From the IMG/VR virus record IMGVR_UViG_2599185271_000005, positions 4,861-68,860 of that record: 64,000 nucleotides of DNA, one strand, 5' to 3'. Both the position numbers and the translations under genes were made by a program. The notes below the pieces were generated by a model that saw only the letters and a list, made by a program, of their open reading frames with translations, did no database searches and had not been told where the DNA came from. This stretch comes from a virus. Taxonomy: Duplodnaviria; Caudoviricetes. Of this stretch, positions 18,480 to 26,268 are shown one piece after another (the stretch's first letter is position 1; each line of letters opens with the position of its first letter).

Positions 18480-18668
18480 TCAGGTCTGCGCGGTGCCGAT
18501 CTCCGAGGAGCTCGCCGCCTCCATGATGCGCTCTGCCCGGTCCCGCAGTATCGCCGCCGTCCGCCGATGGTGCCGGCGGTGCCGAGGCTGTTGATCCGCC
18601 ATGGCGTCGTGGCGCTTCGCCTCGGATAGGTTCATCTCGGCGAGTTGCTTCAAGCGGTTCGCGCTCAT
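18480..18668 (-). CDS. Hypothetical protein
   Basis: MSANRLKQLAEM..., directly after 18671..19894. Confidence 0.55.
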   Translation of the reverse strand: MSANRLKQLAEMNLSEAKRHDAMADQQPRHRRHHRRTAAILRDRAERIMEAASSSEIGTAQT

Positions 18669-18670
18669 GG

Positions 18671-19894
18671 TCACGCCGCCTTGTCGATCTGCAGCGAACC
18701 CAGAACCCGGCGGACAGCATCGCGGCCCGCGTTGTTCAAGTGCCGCTGCCAAGCGCCGAACCGGGGAGACCACCGGAACCCCGCCGACTTCAGAACGGAC
18801 CGCGTCGCCTCGTCCGGCTTGCCCGGGAATATGAGCTGGATCCGGTCAGCCTCGACATTCTCGACCACCTCGACAGCACCGGCCGTCGTGTTGTGGCTGG
18901 TCTCGACAGGCGCGGCCGATTGCTTAGCCTCCATCTCGGAAAGCCGACCTTGCAAGCGCCGGATCTCCGCATTGTTGTTCGATAGTTCGAAGCCTTCGAA
19001 GCCCCGTCGGCCGATGTAATTCTTGGCCACCACCTTGAGCGCGACGGACCGCGAAAGCCCCGTTGCTGCGATGACCGCGTCGGCTAAGGCCTCTTCGTCG
19101 TCCGTCTTGGCGGCGCGAATGGCCTTGTTCGCTGCCTTCATCATCTCCTGGCGTTCTTCTCGCTTGGCGATCTCCGCCCGGAGCAGGTCGACAGCGTCGG
19201 GATTACTCCCCCGGATCGGGCCGTCTGGCCTGCCGTGCGGGAATGCCCGCCGCTCCGTCGCCCGCTTGGCGTTGGCCAGGTGGTCGCGGATCTCCTGATA
19301 GCGGCGATCCGAACTGGCCTGTTTCTTCTCATTGGAGCGCACCGGAAACTTGGCCGGGCCCACGATGAAAGCGGACGCGCAGCGGGATTCGGCCGACCAT
19401 GCGGCCCGCCACAAGGGAACGTGGCGCGCTGCGAAGGTCTCCGCCTCCGCCGCCGGATCGATCGCGCCGCCCTGGACGGCCAGCCGTGCCAAGTGCTGCG
19501 CGAAGTCGGTAACGGATGCGGCAATCTCCCGAATAGCGCCACGGGCCCGCCGTTCCGGGTAATGGCTCAGGGCGCGCCAACAGTGTTCAATCTCGCCGGC
19601 CTTGATCGTGACGGAGTAACCGCCGGCCGTGATGGTGACCGCCTCGCCTTCGCCAGCGACTTCGCAGTTGATCGCAGATTGAGCGGTGTTGCGCTCATCG
19701 ATCGCCCGCCGTGCTCCATTGGGCCCGGCGCGCTGAGTGATGCAAACACCGTCTTTCACGACATCCCAGCAATTGGGAAGGCGCCGATAGATCAGATAAC
19801 CGCCGTATTCCTCCGGTGTGGCATCGGTTTCATAGATCGCGGGGCCGTAGCTCGAGTCGTGCGGCTTGTGGAACGGGTTGCGATAGTTCGCCAT
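18671..19894 (-). CDS. DUF3560-like / polyvalent-protein-associated plasmid-type protein
   Basis: ASAFIVGPAKFPVR, FELSNNNAEIRRL, ENVEADRIQLIFPGKPDE..LKSAGFRWSPRFGAWQR. Confidence 0.8.
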   Translation of the reverse strand: MANYRNPFHKPHDSSYGPAIYETDATPEEYGGYLIYRRLPNCWDVVKDGVCITQRAGPNGARRAIDERNTAQSAINCEVAGEGEAVTITAGGYSVTIKAGEIEHCWRALSHYPERRARGAIREIAASVTDFAQHLARLAVQGGAIDPAAEAETFAARHVPLWRAAWSAESRCASAFIVGPAKFPVRSNEKKQASSDRRYQEIRDHLANAKRATERRAFPHGRPDGPIRGSNPDAVDLLRAEIAKREERQEMMKAANKAIRAAKTDDEEALADAVIAATGLSRSVALKVVAKNYIGRRGFEGFELSNNNAEIRRLQGRLSEMEAKQSAAPVETSHNTTAGAVEVVENVEADRIQLIFPGKPDEATRSVLKSAGFRWSPRFGAWQRHLNNAGRDAVRRVLGSLQIDKAA

Positions 19895-19921
19895 GGTCTC
19901 AACTCCTGAACTTGGGGAAAG

Positions 19922-19950
19922 GCGGGGGCGCGATCCGCCCCCGCGTCGGA
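19922..19950 (-). terminator. GC-rich hairpin (possible terminator) after the DUF932 gene
   Basis: GCGGGGGCG-CGATC-CGCCCCCGC, 9 bp stem, followed by CTTT on the minus strand. Confidence 0.45.
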
Positions 19951-19955
19951 TCAGA

Positions 19956-20822
19956 TCAAGCGGCGACCGCGAGAGGGGCGCCCTTCAAGCGGGCCATCTC
20001 CTCGGCAAGCGTCCACATCGCCCGGTTCAAGTTCCGGTTCTGGTCAATGCCCTTGACCTCGCGCACGGATGACCGGCGGACTTGGCCTTCCGCATTGCGA
20101 ACCCAGCCGCGTTGCCCGCCTCGGATCACGTTTTCCTGCAGACGGTTGAAGGTCGACCACAGGTCAGCGCCAGCATCTGCGGAGCGGCGAGATGTCAGAA
20201 GGCGATCCGCGGCAACGGGTGCCTTCTCTTCCTCCTCATACCGGAGCGAATGAACCGCCTTGGCAAATGCCGCTTGTTCCCCATCGGACAGCGGCAGAGC
20301 CTTCATTTCGTGGACGTCGTGCATTACCCGGTCCGCATCTTCCAACACCGTGAAGGCGCCTTCGATGACCTTGGACACCGCGTCGCCGGTGTGGTTCACC
20401 TTGGTTTCGCCGAACGTGTCGCCGGTGAAGAGACCATTCGCGCAGACGAAGCGGAAAACCCCGTTGATCATCTGATAGCTCGACGTTCCGTCATGAGCGT
20501 TGATCAGAATGATTTCGTGCGCTTCGTCGTGTTCATTGGTTCGGGACTGATGGCGCAGCCGCACCATGTGCTTGGTGAAATTCTCTTTGCCCTCGACCCG
20601 GGTCCGGGACTGCTGCGCGAAGAACGGTTGGAAGCCCTCGCGCATCAGGCCTGACAGCACTTCCGCCGTCGGGATATAGGCGTATCGGTCGGACCGGCTT
20701 TCGTGTGCCTCCGCCGCGAAGATCGACGGGACGCGGCTTGCGATAGCCTCGAGCGTGAGCGGCTCGGCACCGCGTGCCGCAATCATTCCGCCGTTGCTCA
20801 TTCCTCGCATGTAACGGTTCAT
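19956..20822 (-). CDS. DUF932 (DUF945) family protein
   Basis: PSIFAAEAHESRSDRYAYIPT, EGFQPFFAQQSRTR, FTKHMVRLR, EIILINAHDGTSSYQM..FRFVCANGL, DLWSTFNRLQEN. Confidence 0.95.
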   Translation of the reverse strand: MNRYMRGMSNGGMIAARGAEPLTLEAIASRVPSIFAAEAHESRSDRYAYIPTAEVLSGLMREGFQPFFAQQSRTRVEGKENFTKHMVRLRHQSRTNEHDEAHEIILINAHDGTSSYQMINGVFRFVCANGLFTGDTFGETKVNHTGDAVSKVIEGAFTVLEDADRVMHDVHEMKALPLSDGEQAAFAKAVHSLRYEEEEKAPVAADRLLTSRRSADAGADLWSTFNRLQENVIRGGQRGWVRNAEGQVRRSSVREVKGIDQNRNLNRAMWTLAEEMARLKGAPLAVAA

Positions 20823-20912
20823 GGTCTCATTCTCCCTGGTCGGTGATGGTGGCCCGGTGATGGCGGGCCCGGGTTGTGGCGTCAGGGTGATGGCCCTCCG
20901 CCGTGGTGATGA

Positions 20913-21206
20913 TCAGTCCGCGCGCTGGTAGCCCAGCCCGTCGGCAATCGCGGTCAAACGCGGGTCGCACTTCTCGCCACGAATGAGGAATTCCCCGCCC
21001 GTCATGGCGTCGTATCGGGTGCACAGAGCCAGCCCAAGCGCTCGCCGTTCCGCATCGCAAGACGCGTCGGAGATGGCCAGAAAGAGCGGCGGAACCCCTT
21101 CGTTGTCGGGGAAGTCATCCGCCATCACGTCGTGCGCGTAGTCGTCAATCATCTTGGCAACGGTCGGGTTTTCCATGGTGGTTGTCCTCGGTTGTCTGGC
21201 GTCCAC
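20913..21206 (-). CDS. Hypothetical protein
   Basis: 97 aa ORF in the leftward module. Confidence 0.55.
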   Translation of the reverse strand: MDARQPRTTTMENPTVAKMIDDYAHDVMADDFPDNEGVPPLFLAISDASCDAERRALGLALCTRYDAMTGGEFLIRGEKCDPRLTAIADGLGYQRAD

Positions 21207-21241
21207 TCATGCCGACCTGATCGGCCGGCATGGTGTGGATG

Positions 21242-21421
21242 TCAGGAACTGGCGTTCTGTTGTTCCAATTCTTTCGAGGGGAATAGGACCGCCGCCCCGC
21301 AGCGCTCGCACCCGTACCACGTGCCGCAGAACGCCTGCTCTTTGGTGGCGGGCTTGCGGATGCTCATCGCTCCGTGCTGCGAGCAGGCAGGCAGCGTCAT
21401 GGGCAAGTTGATCGTTTCCAT
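21242..21421 (-). CDS. Small zinc-finger-like protein
   Basis: CSQH...CERC motif. Confidence 0.55.
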   Translation of the reverse strand: METINLPMTLPACSQHGAMSIRKPATKEQAFCGTWYGCERCGAAVLFPSKELEQQNASS

Positions 21422-21435
21422 GCCAGCGATTCCCT

Positions 21436-21987
21436 TTACTGTGCCCGCACGGCGTAAGCAGGGCAGGTGACCTGCAGCCCATTCGGGTTGGTCGCGACGA
21501 TCATCCGTTGCCGTTGCTCGACCACGGTGCAAGGCACCCACGGCCGCGCGGCACCGTCGGGGAAGTAGCCATCGGGGACCAGCACCACGGCACCGGCCGC
21601 GAAGGTCGGATAGTTGTCAGTGCTAAGCGGCTGCGACGGGTCAAACGTCGGCTCTTTCGACAGAAAGGCGAAGTTGATCCAGCGGTGATGTGTTTCGCCG
21701 TCAAACAGGACTTCCGCCGAGCTATCGCCGACGAAGCCAGCAACGGTGCCGATGCGGCAGCCCTCAACATACGATCCGCACCCTTCCGCGATAGCAACCC
21801 GGTCACCGACTGAGAACGGGCGAGCCGTGGTGTTGGTGGCATCGTGGGCTTCGATCGCCTGCCGCATAGCAGCGACCAGCTTTCGCCCCCGCGCCTTGCC
21901 GCTCTCTTTGTGGCATGGGCTTTCCGCGCCCTCCTCGACGTAGGGCAGGGCTTCCGCCAGCAGGTTGATAAGTTCGGATTGATCCAT
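21436..21987 (-). CDS. Hypothetical protein with SH3/KOW-like segments
   Basis: FSVGDRVAI..GTV and FAAGAVVLV; AGGGG RBS. Confidence 0.7.
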   Translation of the reverse strand: MDQSELINLLAEALPYVEEGAESPCHKESGKARGRKLVAAMRQAIEAHDATNTTARPFSVGDRVAIAEGCGSYVEGCRIGTVAGFVGDSSAEVLFDGETHHRWINFAFLSKEPTFDPSQPLSTDNYPTFAAGAVVLVPDGYFPDGAARPWVPCTVVEQRQRMIVATNPNGLQVTCPAYAVRAQ

Positions 21988-22122
21988 TGTCTGTTCCCCT
22001 GGTCTGTGGCGCTGCTGGGTGATGGCCTTGCACCGCGCCTCTGATGTTTATTAATGTAGTGTTAGAGACGGCGTTATGCAAGAAAAAACGCTGCGCATTA
22101 TGCAACATTTTAGGGTGCCGTT

Positions 22123-22425
22123 ATGGATCGTCTCACGCCACTGCAACTACGCTGGGCCCTCGCCGCTTTCGGCATGACTGCCAGCTCGTTCGCCGCCGAA
22201 TGTGGCAACCATCCCGAAACCATCCGCCGCGCTCTCCGTGGCAATCTCAAAGGCGCCTATCTGTCGCCGCGCCTGTCGGCCGCCGTCCGCGACTACTTCA
22301 CATCGCGAGGCCTAGTATTCGCCGAGCTAGACGGCAAAGTCGGCGTGTTCGCTGATCCGGCTCTAGGCGTCCCGATCCGACGCCAGTCCGCCGATGATGG
22401 CGATGGATCGGACGTTGACCGATAG
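22123..22425 (+). CDS. XRE-like HTH regulator
   Basis: LTPLQLRWALAAFGMTASSFAAECGNHPETIRRAL..F..RGLVF; divergent from the leftward module. Confidence 0.75.
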   Translation: MDRLTPLQLRWALAAFGMTASSFAAECGNHPETIRRALRGNLKGAYLSPRLSAAVRDYFTSRGLVFAELDGKVGVFADPALGVPIRRQSADDGDGSDVDR

Positions 22426-22963
22426 GCGCAGGCTATCGATAGGCGATGGCTATGGTTGGCGAGCTGGCCCGGGTCGCGTGTTGCGAACCGCTGCAGGCCG
22501 TCCGCGACCGCGTGGCCGCGACCCGTTGCCGAGCCTTTCCGCCGACCGTCGATGCAAGAGAACGCCATTTTTCTTGCATCAATGAGGGCTCCCCGCTGCC
22601 CGGTTTTCGCCCCGCAGGCCCCACTAGGTCCCGTAAACTACGCGCTTGAAAACCCTGAGATTTTTTCTTTCGGATGGGGTTTTCGCGGAGGTGGTTTCTG
22701 GGGGATTTCGAGGTGTGGAAAGTGGGGTTGGAAAAACGCTGGGGAAAATTCGCCTGGAATCAGTGGGTTGAATGGTCGGCGATCGGGTGGAATGGCAGGG
22801 CGCGGGATGATTGATGTGTTGAGACTATGAGTTCGTGAATATTGATAGGCAAAAACGATTGATCGGTTTCCTGCGGTGTTCGGGGCGGCACAAATGCTTG
22901 GGTTTTGGTCTGTAACGGGCACCAGATAGGCGGCGCCGCATAGAAAACGGTCTATCGATAGGG

Positions 22964-22992
22964 TTGACCTATTGATTCGGACGGCAGATATT
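22964..22992 (+). promoter_or_regulatory. Putative late promoter
   Basis: TTGACC-17 bp-GATATT upstream of the tRNA cluster and morphogenesis operon. Confidence 0.55.
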
Positions 22993-23154
22993 GCGGTCTG
23001 GACGAGCGTAGATCTGAGCGGCAGCCGCCGGAAGGTGAGCCGAGCCCCTTGCGCCCCAGGCCGGCATGGAGTTTCCGGCCCAGTGCGGAAGCTATGCCCG
23101 ATCGAAATCCAGAGTTCTTGTCGAGGCCAGCGATGTCATCACCGAGTACGATCC

Positions 23155-23244
23155 GGAAGGGTGGCAGAGCGGCAATGCGTCGGCTTGCTAAGCCGTAGCC
23201 TGGGCTGAGTTCCAGCGCGGGTTCGATCCCCGCCCCTTCCGCCA
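23155..23244 (+). tRNA. tRNA-Ser(GCT)
   Basis: GGAAGGG/CCCTTCC acceptor, loop TTGCTAA, long variable arm, GGTTCGATCC, G73, CCA. Confidence 0.95.
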
Positions 23245-23253
23245 ACTGATCGC

Positions 23254-23340
23254 GGAGGGTCGCGCGGGATGGTCCGCAACCGGTCTCGAAAACCGGGCCA
23301 GCGCTCGACGTTGAGGGTTCGACTCCTTGGCCCTCCGCCA
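23254..23340 (+). tRNA. tRNA-Ser(CGA), non-canonical 8/4 fold
   Basis: Acceptor GGAGGGTC/GGCCCTCC (8 bp), anticodon arm CCGGT-CTCGAAA-ACCGG, T-arm AGGG-TTCGACT-CCTT (4 bp), G73, CCA. Confidence 0.88.
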
Positions 23341-23353
23341 TACATGGTCTACC

Positions 23354-23443
23354 GGGCAGGCGGCGCAGACGGCGAGTGGCGCACTGGTCTGTAAAACCAG
23401 CACATGGGAACCGCAGTAGGTTCGAATCCTACCCTGCCCACCA
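23354..23443 (+). tRNA. tRNA-Tyr(GTA)
   Basis: GGGCAGG/CCTGCCC acceptor, CTGGT-CTGTAAA-ACCAG, GTAGG-TTCGAAT-CCTAC, A73, CCA. Confidence 0.92.
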
Positions 23444-23448
23444 TCTTC

Positions 23449-23522
23449 GCGGTCTTGGCCGAGTGGTCAGGCACCGGGTTTCCACCCCGTTGACGTCAGT
23501 TCGAATCTGACAGGCCGCTCCA
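23449..23522 (+). tRNA. tRNA-Gly(TCC)
   Basis: GCGGTCT/AGGCCGC acceptor, loop TTTCCAC, GTCAG-TTCGAAT-CTGAC, U73, CCA. Confidence 0.93.
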
Positions 23523-23535
23523 ACTCCTGGAGGCT

Positions 23536-23775
23536 GTGTTGCCGAACAACGGCAGTTGGTTGCCATATCGGTTCGTCGCATGCGTTGCGCTTTTGGCCGC
23601 GGCCATTCGGAAAACCACGAGCATTGGCGGTCACGACGGCTACATCGCAGGCAAGCTGGTAGATGCGGGCTATTTCTGGCCGGTCGCCCTTTTCGACGTC
23701 GGCTGGATTGTGGCGGTTGTCGCGGTAGCGATCCGCATAGCCAGGTTCGGAACTGAGCCTCGAACTCGGGCATAA
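23536..23775 (+). CDS. Small membrane protein
   Basis: GGAGG RBS; two hydrophobic segments. Confidence 0.45.
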   Translation: MLPNNGSWLPYRFVACVALLAAAIRKTTSIGGHDGYIAGKLVDAGYFWPVALFDVGWIVAVVAVAIRIARFGTEPRTRA

Positions 23776-23783
23776 CTGAATCG

Positions 23784-23963
23784 ATGAGTGAGACGCCAGA
23801 CTTGCGATGGTTTGATGAGTTTCCCAGCTGCGTTCGCTGCGGCAAGCCGTCATCCGGCGTACTGCGCGGCCTGGGAAACGCCAGCTATGGGCACCACTGC
23901 AAGAAGTGCGCGGAGCGTCGACTAAAGGCGTCGGCCAAGGCGCGTGGCGAGAACCCGACATAA
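23784..23963 (+). CDS. Small zinc-finger protein (59 aa, below the ORF-track cutoff)
   Basis: MSETPDLRWFDEFPSCVRCGKP...HHCKKCAERRL; CxxC...CxxC. Confidence 0.6.
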   Translation: MSETPDLRWFDEFPSCVRCGKPSSGVLRGLGNASYGHHCKKCAERRLKASAKARGENPT

Positions 23964-23974
23964 AGGAACCCCGC

Positions 23975-24187
23975 ATGTCGACCTCAACGCCAGTAACGCC
24001 CCAGTCTCAGGCCGTGATCGCAGCTCAGTACCTGTTCGATGCGGCGCTGGCGACGTTCAACGCTCGGGTCATCCAGGGCCAGCCGCACGCGATTAAGCAG
24101 GCACGGGAAGAGCTTCACGGCCACCTAGATCATCTGCTGGATGCCCGCCATCAGCAGCTTCATGCGCTGATCAACGGCGGCACCTGA
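23975..24187 (+). CDS. Hypothetical protein
   Basis: AAGGA RBS before MSTSTPV. Confidence 0.6.
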   Translation: MSTSTPVTPQSQAVIAAQYLFDAALATFNARVIQGQPHAIKQAREELHGHLDHLLDARHQQLHALINGGT

Positions 24188-24311
24188 TCCCGTCTCCCTC
24201 CCAGGGGCTGCCAGGGCCGGCCCGGCGAACCAAGTCGCGATGACGTGTCGGCAGGCGGGTTGATGGATAACGGACCAATCGTGGCGAGCCCTGACTTTCT
24301 GGAGGCTGAGA

Positions 24312-24503
24312 ATGGATCCTCGTGAGATCGATCGGGTGGTCGACGACTACAGCCGAAGCGCGCGCCGCCAGGTCCTTGGCTACTCCATCGCGGCTCCCTC
24401 TGGCTCGGATCGAGTATCTGAGTTCGAGCCTTTCGATGTTCGCCGCGCTGTTGACGGCCGGCTTGCGGACAGCACCGGCGCTGAACTGACCTTCGACGGG
24501 TGA
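24312..24503 (+). CDS. Hypothetical protein
   Basis: GGAGG RBS. Confidence 0.55.
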   Translation: MDPREIDRVVDDYSRSARRQVLGYSIAAPSGSDRVSEFEPFDVRRAVDGRLADSTGAELTFDG

Positions 24504-24507
24504 CGAG

Positions 24508-24867
24508 ATGGCGATCAAGATCATCAGCGAGGAAGGCCGCGGCTACAGCACTCGGATAATCGACACCGAGTCCGGCCAGGATCTGACAAAGCTCGTTTCT
24601 GTCGCGCTCGGCGCAACGATCAGCATCGACCAGATTGTCACCTTGCGCGCCAGCCTCATGGCGATCGAGTGCGAAGTGACGGCTGATGTCGTCGAGTGGC
24701 GAACGAAGAACCCTGCGACTGGAGAGTTCGAGCCGCTGGCCGCTATCGAGTTCCGGGACGGCCGTCGTGTCGAGTTCAACCTCAACGGAAGCATCAGCGT
24801 CTGGGAGAAGGGTTACGCCGTTGGCGGCTCTCTCTCGACGGATGAACGGGAAGAGGACGACTCGTGA
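24508..24867 (+). CDS. Hypothetical protein
   Basis: 119 aa, operon-packed. Confidence 0.7.
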   Translation: MAIKIISEEGRGYSTRIIDTESGQDLTKLVSVALGATISIDQIVTLRASLMAIECEVTADVVEWRTKNPATGEFEPLAAIEFRDGRRVEFNLNGSISVWEKGYAVGGSLSTDEREEDDS

Positions 24868-25139
24868 TCCACGTCATGCTCGTCGAGTTTGTCCCTACGG
24901 ATCCAGAGGCCTTTGCGCACTGGCGGCCTTTCACGTTGCCCGTCGAGGCGGGCACTCCTGAGGAAGCGCTGAGGAAAGCCGAGGCAGCGGTTGCGACTTT
25001 GCTGCCCCACCTGGGATGGCAGCTTTCCGGGCGTGTTCCGATGATCAGTGCGGGCAACGCCTGCTACCTGACGATTGTCGATGGCGCAGTTGTCGAAGTT
25101 CCGTGCGATCACCAGAAACCCGGAGGCCCCCATGCCTGA
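24864..25139 (+). CDS. Hypothetical protein
   Basis: GTGA overlap with the previous gene. Confidence 0.6.
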   Translation: MIHVMLVEFVPTDPEAFAHWRPFTLPVEAGTPEEALRKAEAAVATLLPHLGWQLSGRVPMISAGNACYLTIVDGAVVEVPCDHQKPGGPHA

Positions 25140-25416
25140 GTACATTGTTACTCATTCCAGCGACCCGGCGCTTGGTCTGGGCCTGGACCCGAAGGGCGAG
25201 CGCCTGAACACGAAGGTGGTGTGGGTCTCGAAGGACTCCGCGTCGCGGTTCAGCCGTGAGGCTGATGCGAAGGCGTTCGGCGACACGTTCGCAAAGGGCG
25301 CATATCGGGTTACTCCGCTTGAGGAGCCGTCGGCACCGCTTCGGGTGATGGAAGCCGAGCCCGAGCCGGAGAAGACCGCGCGACGCAGCTTCCTGTCGGG
25401 TCGCGGGTCTGCCTGA
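25132..25416 (+). CDS. Hypothetical protein
   Basis: GGAGG RBS before MPEYIVTH; TGATG overlap with terS. Confidence 0.7.
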   Translation: MPEYIVTHSSDPALGLGLDPKGERLNTKVVWVSKDSASRFSREADAKAFGDTFAKGAYRVTPLEEPSAPLRVMEAEPEPEKTARRSFLSGRGSA

Positions 25417-26267
25417 TGGCGAACTACGAGGATTGCGGCCCGTCGGCTTACGACTGGGACCTGATCAAGCCGGACTGGGAGAGCGGAATCCTCACCGTCG
25501 ACGAGATGGTTAAGCGGCACCGGATCTCGCGCGACATGCTGCGGGAGAAGGGGCGGGAGTTCGTGGCGTCTGGTGTATGGCAGGAGCGGCCTCGCCAGGC
25601 GGGGCGCCGGCCGCAGGCGCTGCTGGATCAGGCGAAGGCCCTGCTGGCGCAGGGGCCGGTCAAGCATCCGGACGTGCCGTACTACGGCGACTTCACGATC
25701 GGTGGGCGGGAGAAGCCGCCGACGATCACCGGCGTGGCGTCAACCGAGCCGCGGGTGATCGCCTACAGCAAGAAGGTCGGCGAGCGCATCTGCGACTTGG
25801 TTGCACAGAACTGGTCGCTTGAGGAGATCTGCACGCTGCCGGGCATGCCGGCCACGTGGCGGGTGATGCAGTGGCTGCGGAGTCCCGAGCACCAGGACTT
25901 CTGCACGATCTACTGGGACGCTGCCCGGGCCGCGCTGCTGCTCCAGCTCGATGAGTTGGACAAGGAGCTATCTGAGGTAGTGGCCGACACCAAGAAGCGC
26001 AACAAGAACGTCAGCAACGCCCGGATCCAGGCCATCCGCGAGCGGCGCCAGCATCTGGAGTTTAAGGTCACCAACCTGCTGCCGCACGTGTTCAAGGGCA
26101 TCGGCCGGGCGACAGGCCGCAACGCTGGCGACGTCGAGAACAAGAGCCGCCTGGGCGGACTGGCGGCGATCGCGCGCAAGGGCACCGATCAGATGCTCGA
26201 GACCGGCGTGATCGACCCGATGACGCGCAAGGTGAACCTGAAGGTGGTCAACGGCGGGAAGAGTTGA
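25416..26267 (+). CDS. terS: Terminase small subunit
   Basis: N-terminal DWDLIKPDWESG HTH-like segment and YSKKVGERICDLV..SLEEIC..PGMP..VMQWL motif; directly upstream of terL. Confidence 0.8.
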   Translation: MANYEDCGPSAYDWDLIKPDWESGILTVDEMVKRHRISRDMLREKGREFVASGVWQERPRQAGRRPQALLDQAKALLAQGPVKHPDVPYYGDFTIGGREKPPTITGVASTEPRVIAYSKKVGERICDLVAQNWSLEEICTLPGMPATWRVMQWLRSPEHQDFCTIYWDAARAALLLQLDELDKELSEVVADTKKRNKNVSNARIQAIRERRQHLEFKVTNLLPHVFKGIGRATGRNAGDVENKSRLGGLAAIARKGTDQMLETGVIDPMTRKVNLKVVNGGKS

Positions 26268-26268
26268 C

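Noticed and set aside
22060-22125. dif-like XerC/D site (GCGCATTATGCAAC)
   Set aside because: Only a partial half-site resemblance, with no 11-6-11 arrangement
23254-23340. Selenocysteine or suppressor tRNA, or genetic code reassignment
   Set aside because: Anticodon is CGA (sense Ser), and genes terminate normally with TGA, TAA and TAG
22952-23976. Minus-strand ORFs over the tRNA cluster
   Set aside because: Antisense translations of tRNA genes
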